Assembly: GCA_903839725.1 (NCBI GenBank) | Contig: CAIMDG010000002.1 | Coordinates: 65,078-129,077, forward strand | Origin: an uncultured bacterium | GTDB taxonomy: Bacteria; Patescibacteriota; Minisyncoccia; Phycocordibacterales; PALSA-1337 | DNA: 64,000 nt | Reading direction: 5' to 3' | Shown: piece by piece, positions 22,460 to 33,278 of the stretch | Position numbering within the stretch: the first letter of the stretch is position 1 | Layout: the number at the start of each line of letters is the position of its first letter | The notes under the pieces: model-generated | Seen by the model: the letters and a program-made list of their open reading frames with translations, nothing else | Told to the model about the DNA's origin: nothing | Databases searched by the model: none | Translations under genes and position numbers: made by a program

Positions 22460-24244
22460 CTAACTTTTTATAAATCCCTGAGATTGTAGTGACCACAATG
22501 TTGAATACAGACCTTTCTTTTTCAACAATTCATCATGACTACCCTGTTCGATGATTGAACCATGTTCAAGCACTACAATGCGATTCATTTTACTGATCGT
22601 TGAAAGTCTGTGAGCAATCACTACCACTGTTTTATTTTTCATAAGAACATCAAGAGCGTCCTGAATAAGCATTTCTGAATGTGAATCGAGACTTGACGTT
22701 GCTTCATCGAGAACAAGAATAGGTGCATTCTTGAGAATAGCTCTCGCAATAGCAACACGCTGACGTTCACCACCAGAAAGTTTGATACCGCGTTCACCAA
22801 CATAGGTGTCATAGCCTTTTGGTAAAGTCTCTATGAATTCATGACAATGCGCGAGCTTGGCAGCACGTATTACCTCTTCATCGGTCGCATCAGTCTTGCC
22901 GTACTTTATATTTTCCTTGAGCGTACGGTGGAACAATATTGGATCCTGTGGTACGAAACTGATTGATTCACGCAAGCTTCCTTGAGATATCTGTGTGATA
23001 TCTTGACCATCGATAGAGATAGAACCTTTCTGAATATCATACAAACGCAATAACAATCTAACCATAGTTGATTTGCCTGCACCTGAAGGACCGATGAGTG
23101 CAACACGTTCGCCGGGTTTAATATTCAAGGTAATATCATTCAAGACTCCTGAACCTTCATTGAAATGAAAACCTATATTGCTGAAATCAATTGCACCCGA
23201 TGTAACAGTAAGTGACTTTGCATGAGGAGCGTCTTTGATACCATGAGAAAGTTTCATGATTTCAACAGCTTCTTTGGCATCAGCAAAAGCTTCGTAGAGA
23301 TCACGTAAGATACGACTCCATGCCCAGAAATTACTCATGAGACCGATGATATATATCTGGATCAATACAAACGTTCCAACTGATATCATGCCCATTCCCC
23401 AAAACTTAATAGCAACATAAAAGATAAAGAATTCTGTAGCAACATTGAGAATTGCTTGTATTGCATCAATTACATTTGAGATATTCCACTTTGCACTCAG
23501 AGCCTTGGTATGAATTGTATTGGCAATACCAAAAAGCTTCGATTCGTGAGAAAAACGATTGAACATCTGTATTGTTGCATGATTCGAAAGACTATCAGCC
23601 ATAGCTGCAGTTGCTCGAGATTCAACTTCGGCCGAACGAATATCATACGGTATTTTCCAGCGTGAAAATATAAATGAAAGTGCGAGAAACACAATCATCC
23701 AAATAATAATAGCGATAGTGAGTGCTGGTTGTATGTACCAGAGAACGATACAAACACCGATAACTCGAACCAAAATTGGTATGATTTCTTGGAAGAACCT
23801 GTCAGTCACACGTTCAAATGAACGCATAAAACGATTTATTTTTTGTACCAATGAACTACTGAATGTGTTACTGAAAAAGGCATACGAATGACCGATAATG
23901 TAGTCGTATGCATCTTGACGCAAATGATTCATAATCCCTGTCTGTATATGAACAATGGCAAATGCATACACACGAAAACTTATCCATGCAATACCATTCA
24001 TCAATAATATGAAAAGAATAATATGTATAAGTTGAGGAGTCGCTACCTGAGGAGTTACCCCTTGTGTTAAGACATCAAAAAATTTCTTATAGTAAAGAGG
24101 TGCAACAATACTCGCAGATACAATCGGTACAATGGTAGTAATAGTCGCAATCGTAAGCGAAAGCCAGTACTTTTTGGCAACACGTCCGTACTCCTTGAAG
24201 ACGTCAATGACAGTAACTTTTGGATAGTTTTGTTTATGAGACAT
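22460..24244 (-). CDS. ABC exporter, fused permease-ATPase
   Basis: TM domain plus GPSGAGKS, LSGGERQR, LDEATSSLD. Confidence 0.93.
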   Translation of the reverse strand: MSHKQNYPKVTVIDVFKEYGRVAKKYWLSLTIATITTIVPIVSASIVAPLYYKKFFDVLTQGVTPQVATPQLIHIILFILLMNGIAWISFRVYAFAIVHIQTGIMNHLRQDAYDYIIGHSYAFFSNTFSSSLVQKINRFMRSFERVTDRFFQEIIPILVRVIGVCIVLWYIQPALTIAIIIWMIVFLALSFIFSRWKIPYDIRSAEVESRATAAMADSLSNHATIQMFNRFSHESKLFGIANTIHTKALSAKWNISNVIDAIQAILNVATEFFIFYVAIKFWGMGMISVGTFVLIQIYIIGLMSNFWAWSRILRDLYEAFADAKEAVEIMKLSHGIKDAPHAKSLTVTSGAIDFSNIGFHFNEGSGVLNDITLNIKPGERVALIGPSGAGKSTMVRLLLRLYDIQKGSISIDGQDITQISQGSLRESISFVPQDPILFHRTLKENIKYGKTDATDEEVIRAAKLAHCHEFIETLPKGYDTYVGERGIKLSGGERQRVAIARAILKNAPILVLDEATSSLDSHSEMLIQDALDVLMKNKTVVVIAHRLSTISKMNRIVVLEHGSIIEQGSHDELLKKKGLYSTLWSLQSQGFIKS

Positions 24245-24296
24245 ACAATTTAGGATAGCATAAAACTATCTTGGTTTCGATTGTGAGATTTAGTGG

Positions 24297-24740
24297 TTAT
24301 AACAGATTCTTAACTCCCTCGTAAACACTTCCCTTCAAATAACAAGATACTCCGTATTTACTTGCATCAAAGTGTGGTTCGGGAAGATTATGTGGATCAC
24401 ACCACTCCCAGCCCTCACATTTTTGTGGTTCCATATTTTTGAGTTCCCCTGAATATTTCTTAACCAGCAGCACAACAGAAATATAGTGCCTACCTTCTTC
24501 TTTATATGTTTCCAAATTATTTGTCACCGCAATAACCTGTGGATCAAGAATATCTAGATTGGTTTCTTCTTTAATTTCTCTTTTTATACCATCTTCAAAA
24601 GTTTCACCCATCTCGAGGCGTCCACCGGGAATGGAATATTTAGGAGCATGTACACCCTTTCTTTTACCAACCAAAATTTTTCCATCTGTATTTACAATGA
24701 TGACCCCTAAGCCCACTTGAGGATATTTTTGGGATTCCAT
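24297..24740 (-). CDS. NUDIX hydrolase (NUDT15-like)
   Basis: PGGRLEMGETFEDGIKREIKEETNL Nudix box; EPQKCEGWEW. Confidence 0.9.
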   Translation of the reverse strand: MESQKYPQVGLGVIIVNTDGKILVGKRKGVHAPKYSIPGGRLEMGETFEDGIKREIKEETNLDILDPQVIAVTNNLETYKEEGRHYISVVLLVKKYSGELKNMEPQKCEGWEWCDPHNLPEPHFDASKYGVSCYLKGSVYEGVKNLL

Positions 24741-24759
24741 GGGTGTAGTATAACAAAAT

Positions 24760-25329
24760 TTATATAGTATGCTTTTTCCCAAACAACACCATTTCTGTTA
24801 TCTCTAACATTGCACCCGTAGAACCAGCATACTTTTTATCAAAGTGTTTATTTTTTGTTTCAGAAAAACCTAGTTTTTTATAAAAATTAATAGCTTTTGA
24901 ATTCAAGGAGAATACATCGAGGAACGTATCATTATCTTGATTTAATAGGTTATAAGTATCATCAAATAATTTTTTACTCAATCCAAGACCTTGAAAATCG
25001 GGTAAAATATATACAGCTTCTATTTTGTTTATACTATCCTGCTTTTCCGCAAAACAACATCCAATAATTCTACCGCTGTCATCTTTGGCGACAAATAAGA
25101 TATTCGTTTCTGTAAAAGTAGCGATCGCCGCTCTAATTTTGCCAGCTCCATCTTTAATCTTTTTAGGACTAAAATGATCATCAATTTCTTTTTCAGTCCA
25201 TCCACACAATCTATACATTCCCTTTGATGCCTCACTAACTAATGCCTGGATACCTTCCGCATCCTCAGCGATTCCTTTCAGGATTTCAACTTTATTTGAT
25301 TTGATTTCGTATGTTTTTTCATTTTCCAT
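24760..25329 (-). CDS. GNAT family N-acetyltransferase
   Basis: YILPDFQGLGLS, NSKAINFYKKLGF. Confidence 0.88.
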   Translation of the reverse strand: MENEKTYEIKSNKVEILKGIAEDAEGIQALVSEASKGMYRLCGWTEKEIDDHFSPKKIKDGAGKIRAAIATFTETNILFVAKDDSGRIIGCCFAEKQDSINKIEAVYILPDFQGLGLSKKLFDDTYNLLNQDNDTFLDVFSLNSKAINFYKKLGFSETKNKHFDKKYAGSTGAMLEITEMVLFGKKHTI

Positions 25330-25416
25330 ATAAGTAAATTATACCAGATTATGTATCTAGCATGCCTATGGAATTATTCTATTAACGCGACTTGAGCGCC
25401 CGAACTGCGCTCTTGT

Positions 25417-25490
25417 TGGCTGCCAGACTTGGACTCGAACCAAGATACACAGCTCCAGAGGCTGCGGTCCTACCATTAGACGATCTGGCA
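25417..25490 (-). tRNA. tRNA-Gln(CTG), CCA encoded
   Basis: TGCCAGA/TCTGGCA acceptor; GCAGC-CT-CTG-GA-GCTGT anticodon arm; TTCGAGT T-loop. Confidence 0.95.
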
Positions 25491-25537
25491 ATGGTCTCAC
25501 TAAAATACCTTAAAAATGCTTATTATTCAAGTTGTAC

Positions 25538-26425
25538 CTATACCGAAGTAATAACCGCCAAAGTAATCGCTGTCGCAATTGCCCCGACCAAACCAATTTT
25601 TTGATGAATCTGTAACTTTTCTTTATTGATGAATAACCCAAGGATAACAGCAATGATGATATAACTCTCAGAAATAGCAGTGGCAACACCGATCGAAACC
25701 ATACTCATAGAAAATACAAATGCAACCCATGCAATCTTGTCGGCAATAGCCATAGGGATCAATAAAGAAAAATGACGTCGTATATCCTTGAATGATTGGC
25801 CGAGTCTTCTCTTGTGTATGAGATAGAGAGCACACGCAACAGTGAGAAATGTATCCGTAAAAAAGTTAACCATGAGCGGATCAGTCACTCGACCACCCCA
25901 ACCCATGAAGAAATTCGCACATCCCATGGTAATAGCAGAGACAAATGCCAAGATAATTCCTCTTTCAAAAAACAAAGATTTTGAGATGCGACCCTTGAAT
26001 GCAAGGAGCATCAGTCCAATCATGAGTACTATAATAAGTCCTATCTGCAACAATGAAATGCGTTCATGCAGTATGAAAAATGCCAACAATGCTGCTGCCG
26101 GTATTTCAAAAGACCATACAGGTTCTACAATAGCTAACTTACCCACACGTAACGCTTCTAGATCAAGTAATGCTGCTACAAACAATATGACACTAGCGAT
26201 AAGAAGTATATATATTCCACTATTGCCGGAAACAAACAGATTGATCATCGAATGCCACATAAACGGAGCAAGCAAGATCATACTGAACAATGACAAAATA
26301 AAAAGTGTTTCCCAATCACCAACTTTACGAGTAGACCGTTGAATGAAAAAATCGCCAAAGCCCCATGAAAGCATAGCGATGAATGCGAGCCCTATGCCAA
26401 ACGCAACAGTTATAGTCATGGACAC
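25538..26425 (-). CDS. DMT/EamA family transporter
   Basis: About 10 TM in two repeats; WGFGDFF, ILHERIS, INKEKL. Confidence 0.88.
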   Translation of the reverse strand: MSMTITVAFGIGLAFIAMLSWGFGDFFIQRSTRKVGDWETLFILSLFSMILLAPFMWHSMINLFVSGNSGIYILLIASVILFVAALLDLEALRVGKLAIVEPVWSFEIPAAALLAFFILHERISLLQIGLIIVLMIGLMLLAFKGRISKSLFFERGIILAFVSAITMGCANFFMGWGGRVTDPLMVNFFTDTFLTVACALYLIHKRRLGQSFKDIRRHFSLLIPMAIADKIAWVAFVFSMSMVSIGVATAISESYIIIAVILGLFINKEKLQIHQKIGLVGAIATAITLAVITSV

Positions 26426-26456
26426 TATTATAATACACTTAGGTTTCTAGAAGAAA

Positions 26457-28289
26457 CTATTTTCTCTTTCTTTCCTTTGCAGCTTTCATAAACTCAGTAA
26501 ACAATGGGTGTGGTGTGAGAGGTCGAGCCAAGAATTCTGGATGAAATTGTGTACCGAGGAAAAACGGATGCACTTCACGTGGCAATTCAGCAATTTCCAT
26601 AAGTGTGCCATCAGGAGACTTTCCAGAGAATACGAGACCTGCCTTCTCAAGCTTTTCAATATACTTTGGATTGACCTCGTAGCGATGACGATGACGCTCT
26701 TTGATTGTAGCTGTAGGCTTCGTCAACTTATTCAAACCAACATATGAATACGCATCTTGCGCAACTGATCCTTTCAACAATTTCGCTGGATATAAGCCCA
26801 GACGCATTGAAGCACCATACTGACCTTCAGCCAATTTCTTCTTCTGGTCAGGCATAATATCTATAACAAGGTGAGGTGCTTTTTCATCGATTTCAGCCGT
26901 ATTCGCACCATTCAAGCCAACAACATTACGAGCGTACTCGATGGTCATGAGTTGCATACCATAGCATAGGCCAAAGTATGGAATCTTGTTTTCGCGACAG
27001 TAGCGAATCACATTAAGCTTCCCTTCAATACCTGATTCTCCAAATCCCCCCGGAACTATAATTCCGTCCATACTGTCGAGTAAGGCGAAAGCAGAGTTTT
27101 CGACGGGTCGAGGACTGTCCGAGCGTAACGCTAGTGGAGCGAGTTCCGCAGACCCCGAGAAAACTGCTGCTTTCGCCTTACTCATAACTTCAAAATCACG
27201 GGAATTAATAGTGTGTATGATGGGCTTAACTTTTACGATATGACCAGAGAATTTGATAGCTTCGAGTACAGACATGTAACTATCAGAAAGAATAAAATCA
27301 CCAGTATTAAAATATTTTCCAACGATAGCAATATTGAGCGGACGATCATCATGATCTTTGATACCTCGAGCCATTTTTTTCCATTCTTGGAATGTATCAG
27401 AAGTCTTCACTGCAGGAAGTGACAATGTATCAAGTAGTATTTCTGCAAGTTTATCTTTCTCAAAATTAACGGGTACATCGTATATACTCTTAATATCTGG
27501 TGCGGATATCACACGTTCAATCGGAATATTACATGCAACGGCAATCTTCTCTTTACGACGATCATCGAGTGGTGTTGCTGCACGCGCAATAATGATATCG
27601 GTATTCACGCCATATGAAGCCAACTGATGAACTGCATTTTGCGTTGGACGTGATTTCATTTCACCGAGAGCTCCTGGAGTTGGAAGGTATGAAACCATGA
27701 TGAATACCACATCATTTGGATGACGCATCTTGAGTACACGCGCAGCTTCGATGAACATGACGTTACCGTAGTCACCAACTGTGCCACCAATCTCAATAAT
27801 TGAAATCTGCGACTTATTTATTTTTGCAGCGTGTTCAAAACGCTCAACAATATTATCGCGAATATGTGGAATAGCTTCGACACATTTACCTCCATATTTG
27901 AGTGCGCGCTCTTTTTCGATCACTTCACGGTAGACCATACCACTCGTAATATAATCATGTGGCGAAAGATCTCGTCCAAGGAATCGCTCATAATTCCCCA
28001 TATCCTGATCAGTTTCCAATCCAGAATTCAAAACAAATGCTTCACCGTGTTCCGTTGGGTTCATGGTACCTGCATCAACATTTAAATACGGATCAACTTT
28101 AACCAAATTAACCGCAAATCCTTTTGCAACCAAAATAGTACCAATCGAAGAACTGGCAATGCCCTTTCCTACACCGGACATAACACCGCCGATGACAAAA
28201 ATATATTTATGGTGGGGCTTAGAAATCGCTGGCGTTTTTTTCTTCGCTTTGAGGGGGACGACCTTGGCTCGTGTGGCCATTCGTTTCAT
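26457..28289 (-). CDS. pyrG: CTP synthase with an in-frame palindromic insertion
   Basis: GGVMSGVGKG, DPYLNVDAGTMNP, VPGGFG, GLCYGMQ, RHRHRYE, QFHPE. Confidence 0.97.
   Translation of the reverse strand: MKRMATRAKVVPLKAKKKTPAISKPHHKYIFVIGGVMSGVGKGIASSSIGTILVAKGFAVNLVKVDPYLNVDAGTMNPTEHGEAFVLNSGLETDQDMGNYERFLGRDLSPHDYITSGMVYREVIEKERALKYGGKCVEAIPHIRDNIVERFEHAAKINKSQISIIEIGGTVGDYGNVMFIEAARVLKMRHPNDVVFIMVSYLPTPGALGEMKSRPTQNAVHQLASYGVNTDIIIARAATPLDDRRKEKIAVACNIPIERVISAPDIKSIYDVPVNFEKDKLAEILLDTLSLPAVKTSDTFQEWKKMARGIKDHDDRPLNIAIVGKYFNTGDFILSDSYMSVLEAIKFSGHIVKVKPIIHTINSRDFEVMSKAKAAVFSGSAELAPLALRSDSPRPVENSAFALLDSMDGIIVPGGFGESGIEGKLNVIRYCRENKIPYFGLCYGMQLMTIEYARNVVGLNGANTAEIDEKAPHLVIDIMPDQKKKLAEGQYGASMRLGLYPAKLLKGSVAQDAYSYVGLNKLTKPTATIKERHRHRYEVNPKYIEKLEKAGLVFSGKSPDGTLMEIAELPREVHPFFLGTQFHPEFLARPLTPHPLFTEFMKAAKERKRK
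27078..27183. repeat. 106-bp palindromic element inside pyrG
   Basis: 17-bp perfect terminal IR GAGTAAGGCGAAAGCAG plus nested stems; encodes SKAKAAVFSG..ENSAFALL. Confidence 0.9.
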
Positions 28290-28490
28290 AGACTCATTGT
28301 AGTTGAATCAGTATATGATTGTCTACTTGATTAGTTGAATGAAACTATGTTGCAACACATAAACAATACTCGTACTTGGTGATATTTCACCAACGAAAGT
28401 CCTGTCTCATAATAACTTGCAAAAACACGAAAATAATGTAATGTAAAGGGTCGTTAGTCAACTTCAACGAAACCCTTAGAACCTTTACAT

Positions 28491-29045
28491 ATGACTGCGC
28501 AATTAAAGAACCGACCCAAAGTCGGCATCCTGCTTGTAACCAACGGCAAAAATGGCGACTACGTGGCACACCTGCAAATGAGGGGTGTCCATGATTATCG
28601 CAAGGACTGCCCCCAAACATGGCCCGGGACTTACCAAGTCACCGTCGAAGGCAAGAAACATCAAGGCGAAAGCAATCTTGAAGCCTTACGCCGCGAACTG
28701 CGCGAAGAACTTCAACAGTCTGCAGGAGAATTTGTTCTCAAAATGTTGGTAGGTGATGGTCTCAAAAATGATTCAATCCTGCTACACGAAGAAGATATCA
28801 TCATTTACCAATTATTGGTGCCGAGCGATCTCTTCAAGAACTACGGTATTTACCTCGAAAACATTACCGGCGGACTTCGCCCAATCACCCGCGAAGATGT
28901 CATCGGAATTCGCTTGGTTCGTCCGGAGTGGCGCACGATAATCCACCCCTACAGCCAGAACACCATTATCGTGAAGCCTCACGTCAAAAAGGCACTCGAA
29001 ATACTCTTCAAAAGATACCCGAAGCCTGGCAAGAAAAAGAAGTAA
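28491..29045 (+). CDS. NUDIX-like protein
   Basis: WPGTY..EGKKHQGESNLEALRRELREEL; terminator AACGCCGCG..CGCGGCGTTTTT. Confidence 0.7.
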   Translation: MTAQLKNRPKVGILLVTNGKNGDYVAHLQMRGVHDYRKDCPQTWPGTYQVTVEGKKHQGESNLEALRRELREELQQSAGEFVLKMLVGDGLKNDSILLHEEDIIIYQLLVPSDLFKNYGIYLENITGGLRPITREDVIGIRLVRPEWRTIIHPYSQNTIIVKPHVKKALEILFKRYPKPGKKKK

Positions 29046-29175
29046 CCACTTCCCCACGCAAACGCCGCGAGCAATTCGCGGCGTTTTTTAATACATCATT
29101 TCAAAAATTTTACATACGTTAGATAAAAAAGCCCTCGCACTAAAAGTGGGAGGGTGGCCAAAAAGATAAAAATGA

Positions 29176-29433
29176 TCAAACGACAAGTTTTTTATTTGCT
29201 GCACGATCACTCATCATGTTGTCAGCGATGTGGGTCGTGACTTCTTCCACATCAATTCGCTGAAGAGAAAAATTGTCCATCCGATTACTTTCCTGAGAGG
29301 TGATTTCCTCCAGGCGTTGTTTGGCTTTCGCATCGCACTCTTCGAGACTCGCACCTTCGAAGGTGGATTCTTCGTAAACAAGCGGTGATTCATCAGGACG
29401 GAATGATTTGATCCGATATTTTATTTTCATCAT
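29176..29433 (-). CDS. Small hypothetical protein
   Basis: 85-aa ORF from MMKIKY with a downstream hairpin near 29131-29154. Confidence 0.5.
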   Translation of the reverse strand: MMKIKYRIKSFRPDESPLVYEESTFEGASLEECDAKAKQRLEEITSQESNRMDNFSLQRIDVEEVTTHIADNMMSDRAANKKLVV

Positions 29434-29537
29434 ATATTTCAAGGGGTCGAATGTTGTTTGTTGCTCTAGAGATGCCAAAACAAACACTACCACCAGAAAA
29501 TTGCAGTGTCAAACACAGTTCTCTATTCAACGTATCC

Positions 29538-30494
29538 CTACACCTTGAGATATCGGCGAGCTGCCACATAACTTGAGACTCCCCCGAGAATAATACCCGC
29601 CCCAATGATGAAGACGAAAATCTGTCCGAAATTCTGCATAAAATATTGTGAGAAAATATTGATGACCAAACCAAAATCAGCAGCGATTTGAATTCCTGCA
29701 AAACGGAATATGAGTGCAGTACTCCAATATGAGAATGCGGCCATAACAACAAGTGTGATTACACCAGAAACAAGGCCATACATAATTCCCGAAACAACCA
29801 ACGGACCACGGACATAGGTATTACTTGCACCAACTAGCTTCATAACAGAAATTTCATCACGTTCAGTAAAGATAATAAGACGAATCGTATTCCATACGAC
29901 AATAATCGCCACCAAAATCAATATAATAGCAACAACAGAACCAGCTTTTTCTGCTGCAGGAATAATCCTACTCAAACGATCAATCACTAATTTATTTTGT
30001 TCATAGTTTACCTTTTCAATCAATGGAACTCCTGAAGCATCCTGAGGATTCTTTGTCTGAAGGAAATGAGCAATACCAGCATATTGTCCTGGATCCTTCG
30101 CCTTGATGGTCAACATTGCAGGAAATGGATTGCTACCAATCTCATCGAGACCTTGCATGATGTATGCATTGTCTTGCCATTTATTCTTGAAATTCGCCAA
30201 TACCTGATCACGAGAAATGTATGTCGTACTAGCAACTTCAGCTAACTTATTGATATCTTGCACCACTGAAAGAATATCTGATTCTTGAGCAGTCAATGTA
30301 AAGTAGACATTCACATCCACTTTATCTTTGACATCAGTGAGCAATGCTCGTCCAAATGCACTACCGAATATAAGACCACCAAATGCACACAATGAAAGTG
30401 TAATTACCACAATTGCTGCGAATGACAAAAAACCATTACGCCAGAAATTGACGAAGCCGGTGCGAATGATTCTTTTGAGTGGAGTAATAAACAT
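29538..30494 (-). CDS. ftsX: Cell division permease FtsX
   Basis: NFWRNG, NTIRL, EISVMKLVGAS; adjacent to ftsE. Confidence 0.93.
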   Translation of the reverse strand: MFITPLKRIIRTGFVNFWRNGFLSFAAIVVITLSLCAFGGLIFGSAFGRALLTDVKDKVDVNVYFTLTAQESDILSVVQDINKLAEVASTTYISRDQVLANFKNKWQDNAYIMQGLDEIGSNPFPAMLTIKAKDPGQYAGIAHFLQTKNPQDASGVPLIEKVNYEQNKLVIDRLSRIIPAAEKAGSVVAIILILVAIIVVWNTIRLIIFTERDEISVMKLVGASNTYVRGPLVVSGIMYGLVSGVITLVVMAAFSYWSTALIFRFAGIQIAADFGLVINIFSQYFMQNFGQIFVFIIGAGIILGGVSSYVAARRYLKV

Positions 30495-30517
30495 AAGATT
30501 AAGATAATTACATTAAT

Positions 30518-31198
30518 TTACAATACATATTTACCATTTTTATCATCTCGAACAATCTTCCCTTTTTCCATCGTAATGACACGACCTTTCACAGTATCAA
30601 CGACTCCTTTATTATGAGTCGTAAGCAAAACTGTAGTACCCAACTCATTGATCTTCTGCAAGATGCGAATAATTTCGAAAGTGTTGGTTGGATCAAGGTT
30701 ACCTGTTGGTTCATCCGCAATGATGATGTCAGGCTGAGTAACAATGGCGCGAGCAATCGCTACACGCTGACGCTCTCCTCCAGATAATTCTTTGGGGAAA
30801 TTCCATATCTTATGACTCAAATTGACGAGCTCGAGTACATGAGGCACGTCTGCGGCAATTTCATTGTCACTTCGTCCAGTAGCTTCCATAGCAAAAGCAA
30901 TATTTTCATATATCGTCTTGTTTGGTATCAGACGATAGTCCTGGAATACGGTGCCGATGCGACGGCGAAGCTTGGTGGTTTCCTTCTTGGAGAGATTGTG
31001 AACATTGGTTGATTCAAAAAAAACAGATCCCTCCGTCGGAGAATCCTCAGCAATCAACATTTTTATAAGTGTAGTCTTTCCTGCTCCAGAATGACCGACA
31101 ATAGTAACGAATTCCTTGGGTTCTACACCGAAACTGATACCGTCGAGAGCGATGGAATTATCAGGGTATATTTTACTGACTTTATCGTAATAGATCAT
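30518..31198 (-). CDS. ftsE: Cell division ATP-binding protein FtsE
   Basis: GHSGAGKT, LRRRIGTVFQDYRL, ADEPTGNLDP. Confidence 0.95.
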   Translation of the reverse strand: MIYYDKVSKIYPDNSIALDGISFGVEPKEFVTIVGHSGAGKTTLIKMLIAEDSPTEGSVFFESTNVHNLSKKETTKLRRRIGTVFQDYRLIPNKTIYENIAFAMEATGRSDNEIAADVPHVLELVNLSHKIWNFPKELSGGERQRVAIARAIVTQPDIIIADEPTGNLDPTNTFEIIRILQKINELGTTVLLTTHNKGVVDTVKGRVITMEKGKIVRDDKNGKYVL

Positions 31199-31333
31199 GA
31201 GGTAATTGTAACATAAAAATAGTATCCGGAAGACCTGACATATGTTAGGTCTTCCGGAATCAACTCAATTAACAAAAAAACCACCTACGCAACTGTGCGT
31301 AGGTGGTGGAACGAAAGAGATGTGCCAGAAAAA

Positions 31334-31672
31334 TTAAACGCCGGGCACCCCGGGTGTAACCATGACCACCTTTTCTGATGGAGCAGGTTTGAACCAGTAA
31401 CTGAAGAACGCGTAGGATAAAAGCCAGATCGCCAAGCCTTCGCCGAGAGCAATGGCCAATCGCATCAAGATGATCACCGAATCCTTCGCTCCCGTGACGA
31501 AATAATTAACGACGGGTGAATCGTATTCAGTGATGGGATGTTTCAGAAGGAGCGGCCCGCCGATGTAATAATCACCAGGGGCTGTATCAAAACCGAAGTT
31601 GAAGCAAAACATAATGACGGTCGTAATAAGTCCAAAGAACAGACTGAGCGACATGACGAGTGGCTTTTTCAT
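31334..31672 (-). CDS. Hypothetical two-TM membrane protein
   Basis: 112-aa ORF; terminator CCACCTACGC..GCGTAGGTGG near 31281-31306. Confidence 0.55.
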   Translation of the reverse strand: MKKPLVMSLSLFFGLITTVIMFCFNFGFDTAPGDYYIGGPLLLKHPITEYDSPVVNYFVTGAKDSVIILMRLAIALGEGLAIWLLSYAFFSYWFKPAPSEKVVMVTPGVPGV

Positions 31673-31797
31673 AGGAGTAGTTCTGTGCAGGGTGCCTACT
31701 TGGATGAGTCCAAGGTGTTTCAGATAGGCGATCTGGAATCTCTCAATGAGCGATTCTGGGAATACTTAAGCACAAATAGGTGCATGCACACAAGTGT

Positions 31798-32688
31798 TTA
31801 CAGTTCTTTTTCTGCTTCAATAAATTCATCCAAATCTCCTTCAAGGACTTTATCTACTTGTGATGTTTCAATATTTGTACGATGATCTTTCACCATTTTA
31901 TACGGATGTTGGACATACGAACGGATCTGATTACCCCACTCAATGGCTGTCGTTGAACTGAGTTGCATACCGCGCTCTTTTGCTATACGTTCTTCCTCCA
32001 TACGTTTCCAAAGTTTACCTCGCAAAATATCCATAGCCTTCTCTCTATTTTGTGCTTGTGAACGCTCAGATGTTACGTGAATAGAAATTCCAGTAGGTTT
32101 ATGCACCAATCGCACTGCAGTCTCACGCTTATTCACGTTTTGACCACCGGGACCCCCTGACTTTGCAATCGATATTTCGAGATCACTATCAGCAATAACC
32201 AGATCACCTTCTGAGGTCTTTTCAAATTCTGGGACAACTTCAACCAATGAAAATGACGTCTGTCTTTTCTGAGAAGAATTGAATGGAGAAATACGCACAA
32301 GACGATGTACACCCGATTCATTTTTGAGAGTTCCATAGACATTCTTGCCAGGAATTTCGATAGTAATATTTCGGAATCCACCATGATCATTGTGATTGGC
32401 ATGAATGATATTCCAGCCCCAACCCTTCCCTTCAGCATAGCGACGATACATGCGCACCAACATTGCAGAAAAATCTTCTGCATCATCACCTCCAGCTCCT
32501 GAAAGAATACTCAAGATGGCACTTCCTCTATCATATTTACCTACGCCTTCAAGAGCCTCTTTGAGTTGCTGTAATTCACGAACTGAAGCCTGTGCTTTAA
32601 CTTTATCAGACCAAAAATCAGCATCGGTCATGCGACTTTCGAGGTCTGTTATCTTTTGTTGTATTTCTTCTTTCTTTTGATTATTCAT
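31798..32688 (-). CDS. prfB: Peptide chain release factor 2, shortened, no frameshift
   Basis: HRLVRISPF (SPF motif), [21 protein letters not shown]. Confidence 0.93.
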   Translation of the reverse strand: MNNQKKEEIQQKITDLESRMTDADFWSDKVKAQASVRELQQLKEALEGVGKYDRGSAILSILSGAGGDDAEDFSAMLVRMYRRYAEGKGWGWNIIHANHNDHGGFRNITIEIPGKNVYGTLKNESGVHRLVRISPFNSSQKRQTSFSLVEVVPEFEKTSEGDLVIADSDLEISIAKSGGPGGQNVNKRETAVRLVHKPTGISIHVTSERSQAQNREKAMDILRGKLWKRMEEERIAKERGMQLSSTTAIEWGNQIRSYVQHPYKMVKDHRTNIETSQVDKVLEGDLDEFIEAEKEL

Positions 32689-32711
32689 ATAATTCTAATC
32701 TTTTTCTACAG

Positions 32712-32782
32712 AGCCAAATGTGGGAATCGGACCCACGTTCCTGCTTTACGAAAGCAGTGTTCTGCCACTGAACTAATTTGGC
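32712..32782 (-). tRNA. tRNA-Thr(CGT)
   Basis: GCCAAAT/ATTTGGC acceptor; CTGCT-TT-CGT-AA-AGCAG; atypical T-loop TCCGATT. Confidence 0.88.
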
Positions 32783-33228
32783 TTAGTCCTTACAAATAAA
32801 CGTCCTTCTGAAACTCTTTTACTTACTATTCTATTTGTACGTCCATTTCCCTTATTTGAACCGCCATATGTCGGTGTAAGTGAATCGCAATTTGGACAAA
32901 GTAACCTAAGATTACTTTCAATATTGTTGCGCCAGTTGCCATCGATATGATCAGCAACAAGAGGAACTATACCAGTTTTAGTATTGATTATCGACCACCC
33001 ACACAATACGCATCTATTTCCATACTTCTTTCTCAAGTATTCTTTGACGTTAACAGAAACAGTACCAATACTACTCAAACCACTTATCTCTCCCAATTTC
33101 CATTTTTCTATATATGTTCTTCTCTGAAACTCTAACTGACATTTATTACTACAATACGTATACCTTGATCGCCCAGGTACAGTTGAACAGACAAGACATA
33201 CATTTTTATTCTTTCTTGGCATTGGCAT
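32773..33228 (-). CDS. Free-standing HNH endonuclease with zinc-finger motifs
   Basis: CLVC..YCSNKC, CVLC, DHIDGNWRNNIESNLRLLCPNCDS; stop codon lies inside the tRNA-Thr(CGT) 5' end. Confidence 0.9.
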   Translation of the reverse strand: MPMPRKNKNVCLVCSTVPGRSRYTYCSNKCQLEFQRRTYIEKWKLGEISGLSSIGTVSVNVKEYLRKKYGNRCVLCGWSIINTKTGIVPLVADHIDGNWRNNIESNLRLLCPNCDSLTPTYGGSNKGNGRTNRIVSKRVSEGRLFVRTKPN

Positions 33229-33278
33229 AATATCGAGTATATCCAATACTAAAAATACCGTCAAAATTTTATACAAGG

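Noticed and set aside
31223-31258. TCCGGAAGACCT..AGGTCTTCCGGA palindrome upstream of ftsE
   Set aside because: Single copy; cannot be told apart from a terminator or operator.
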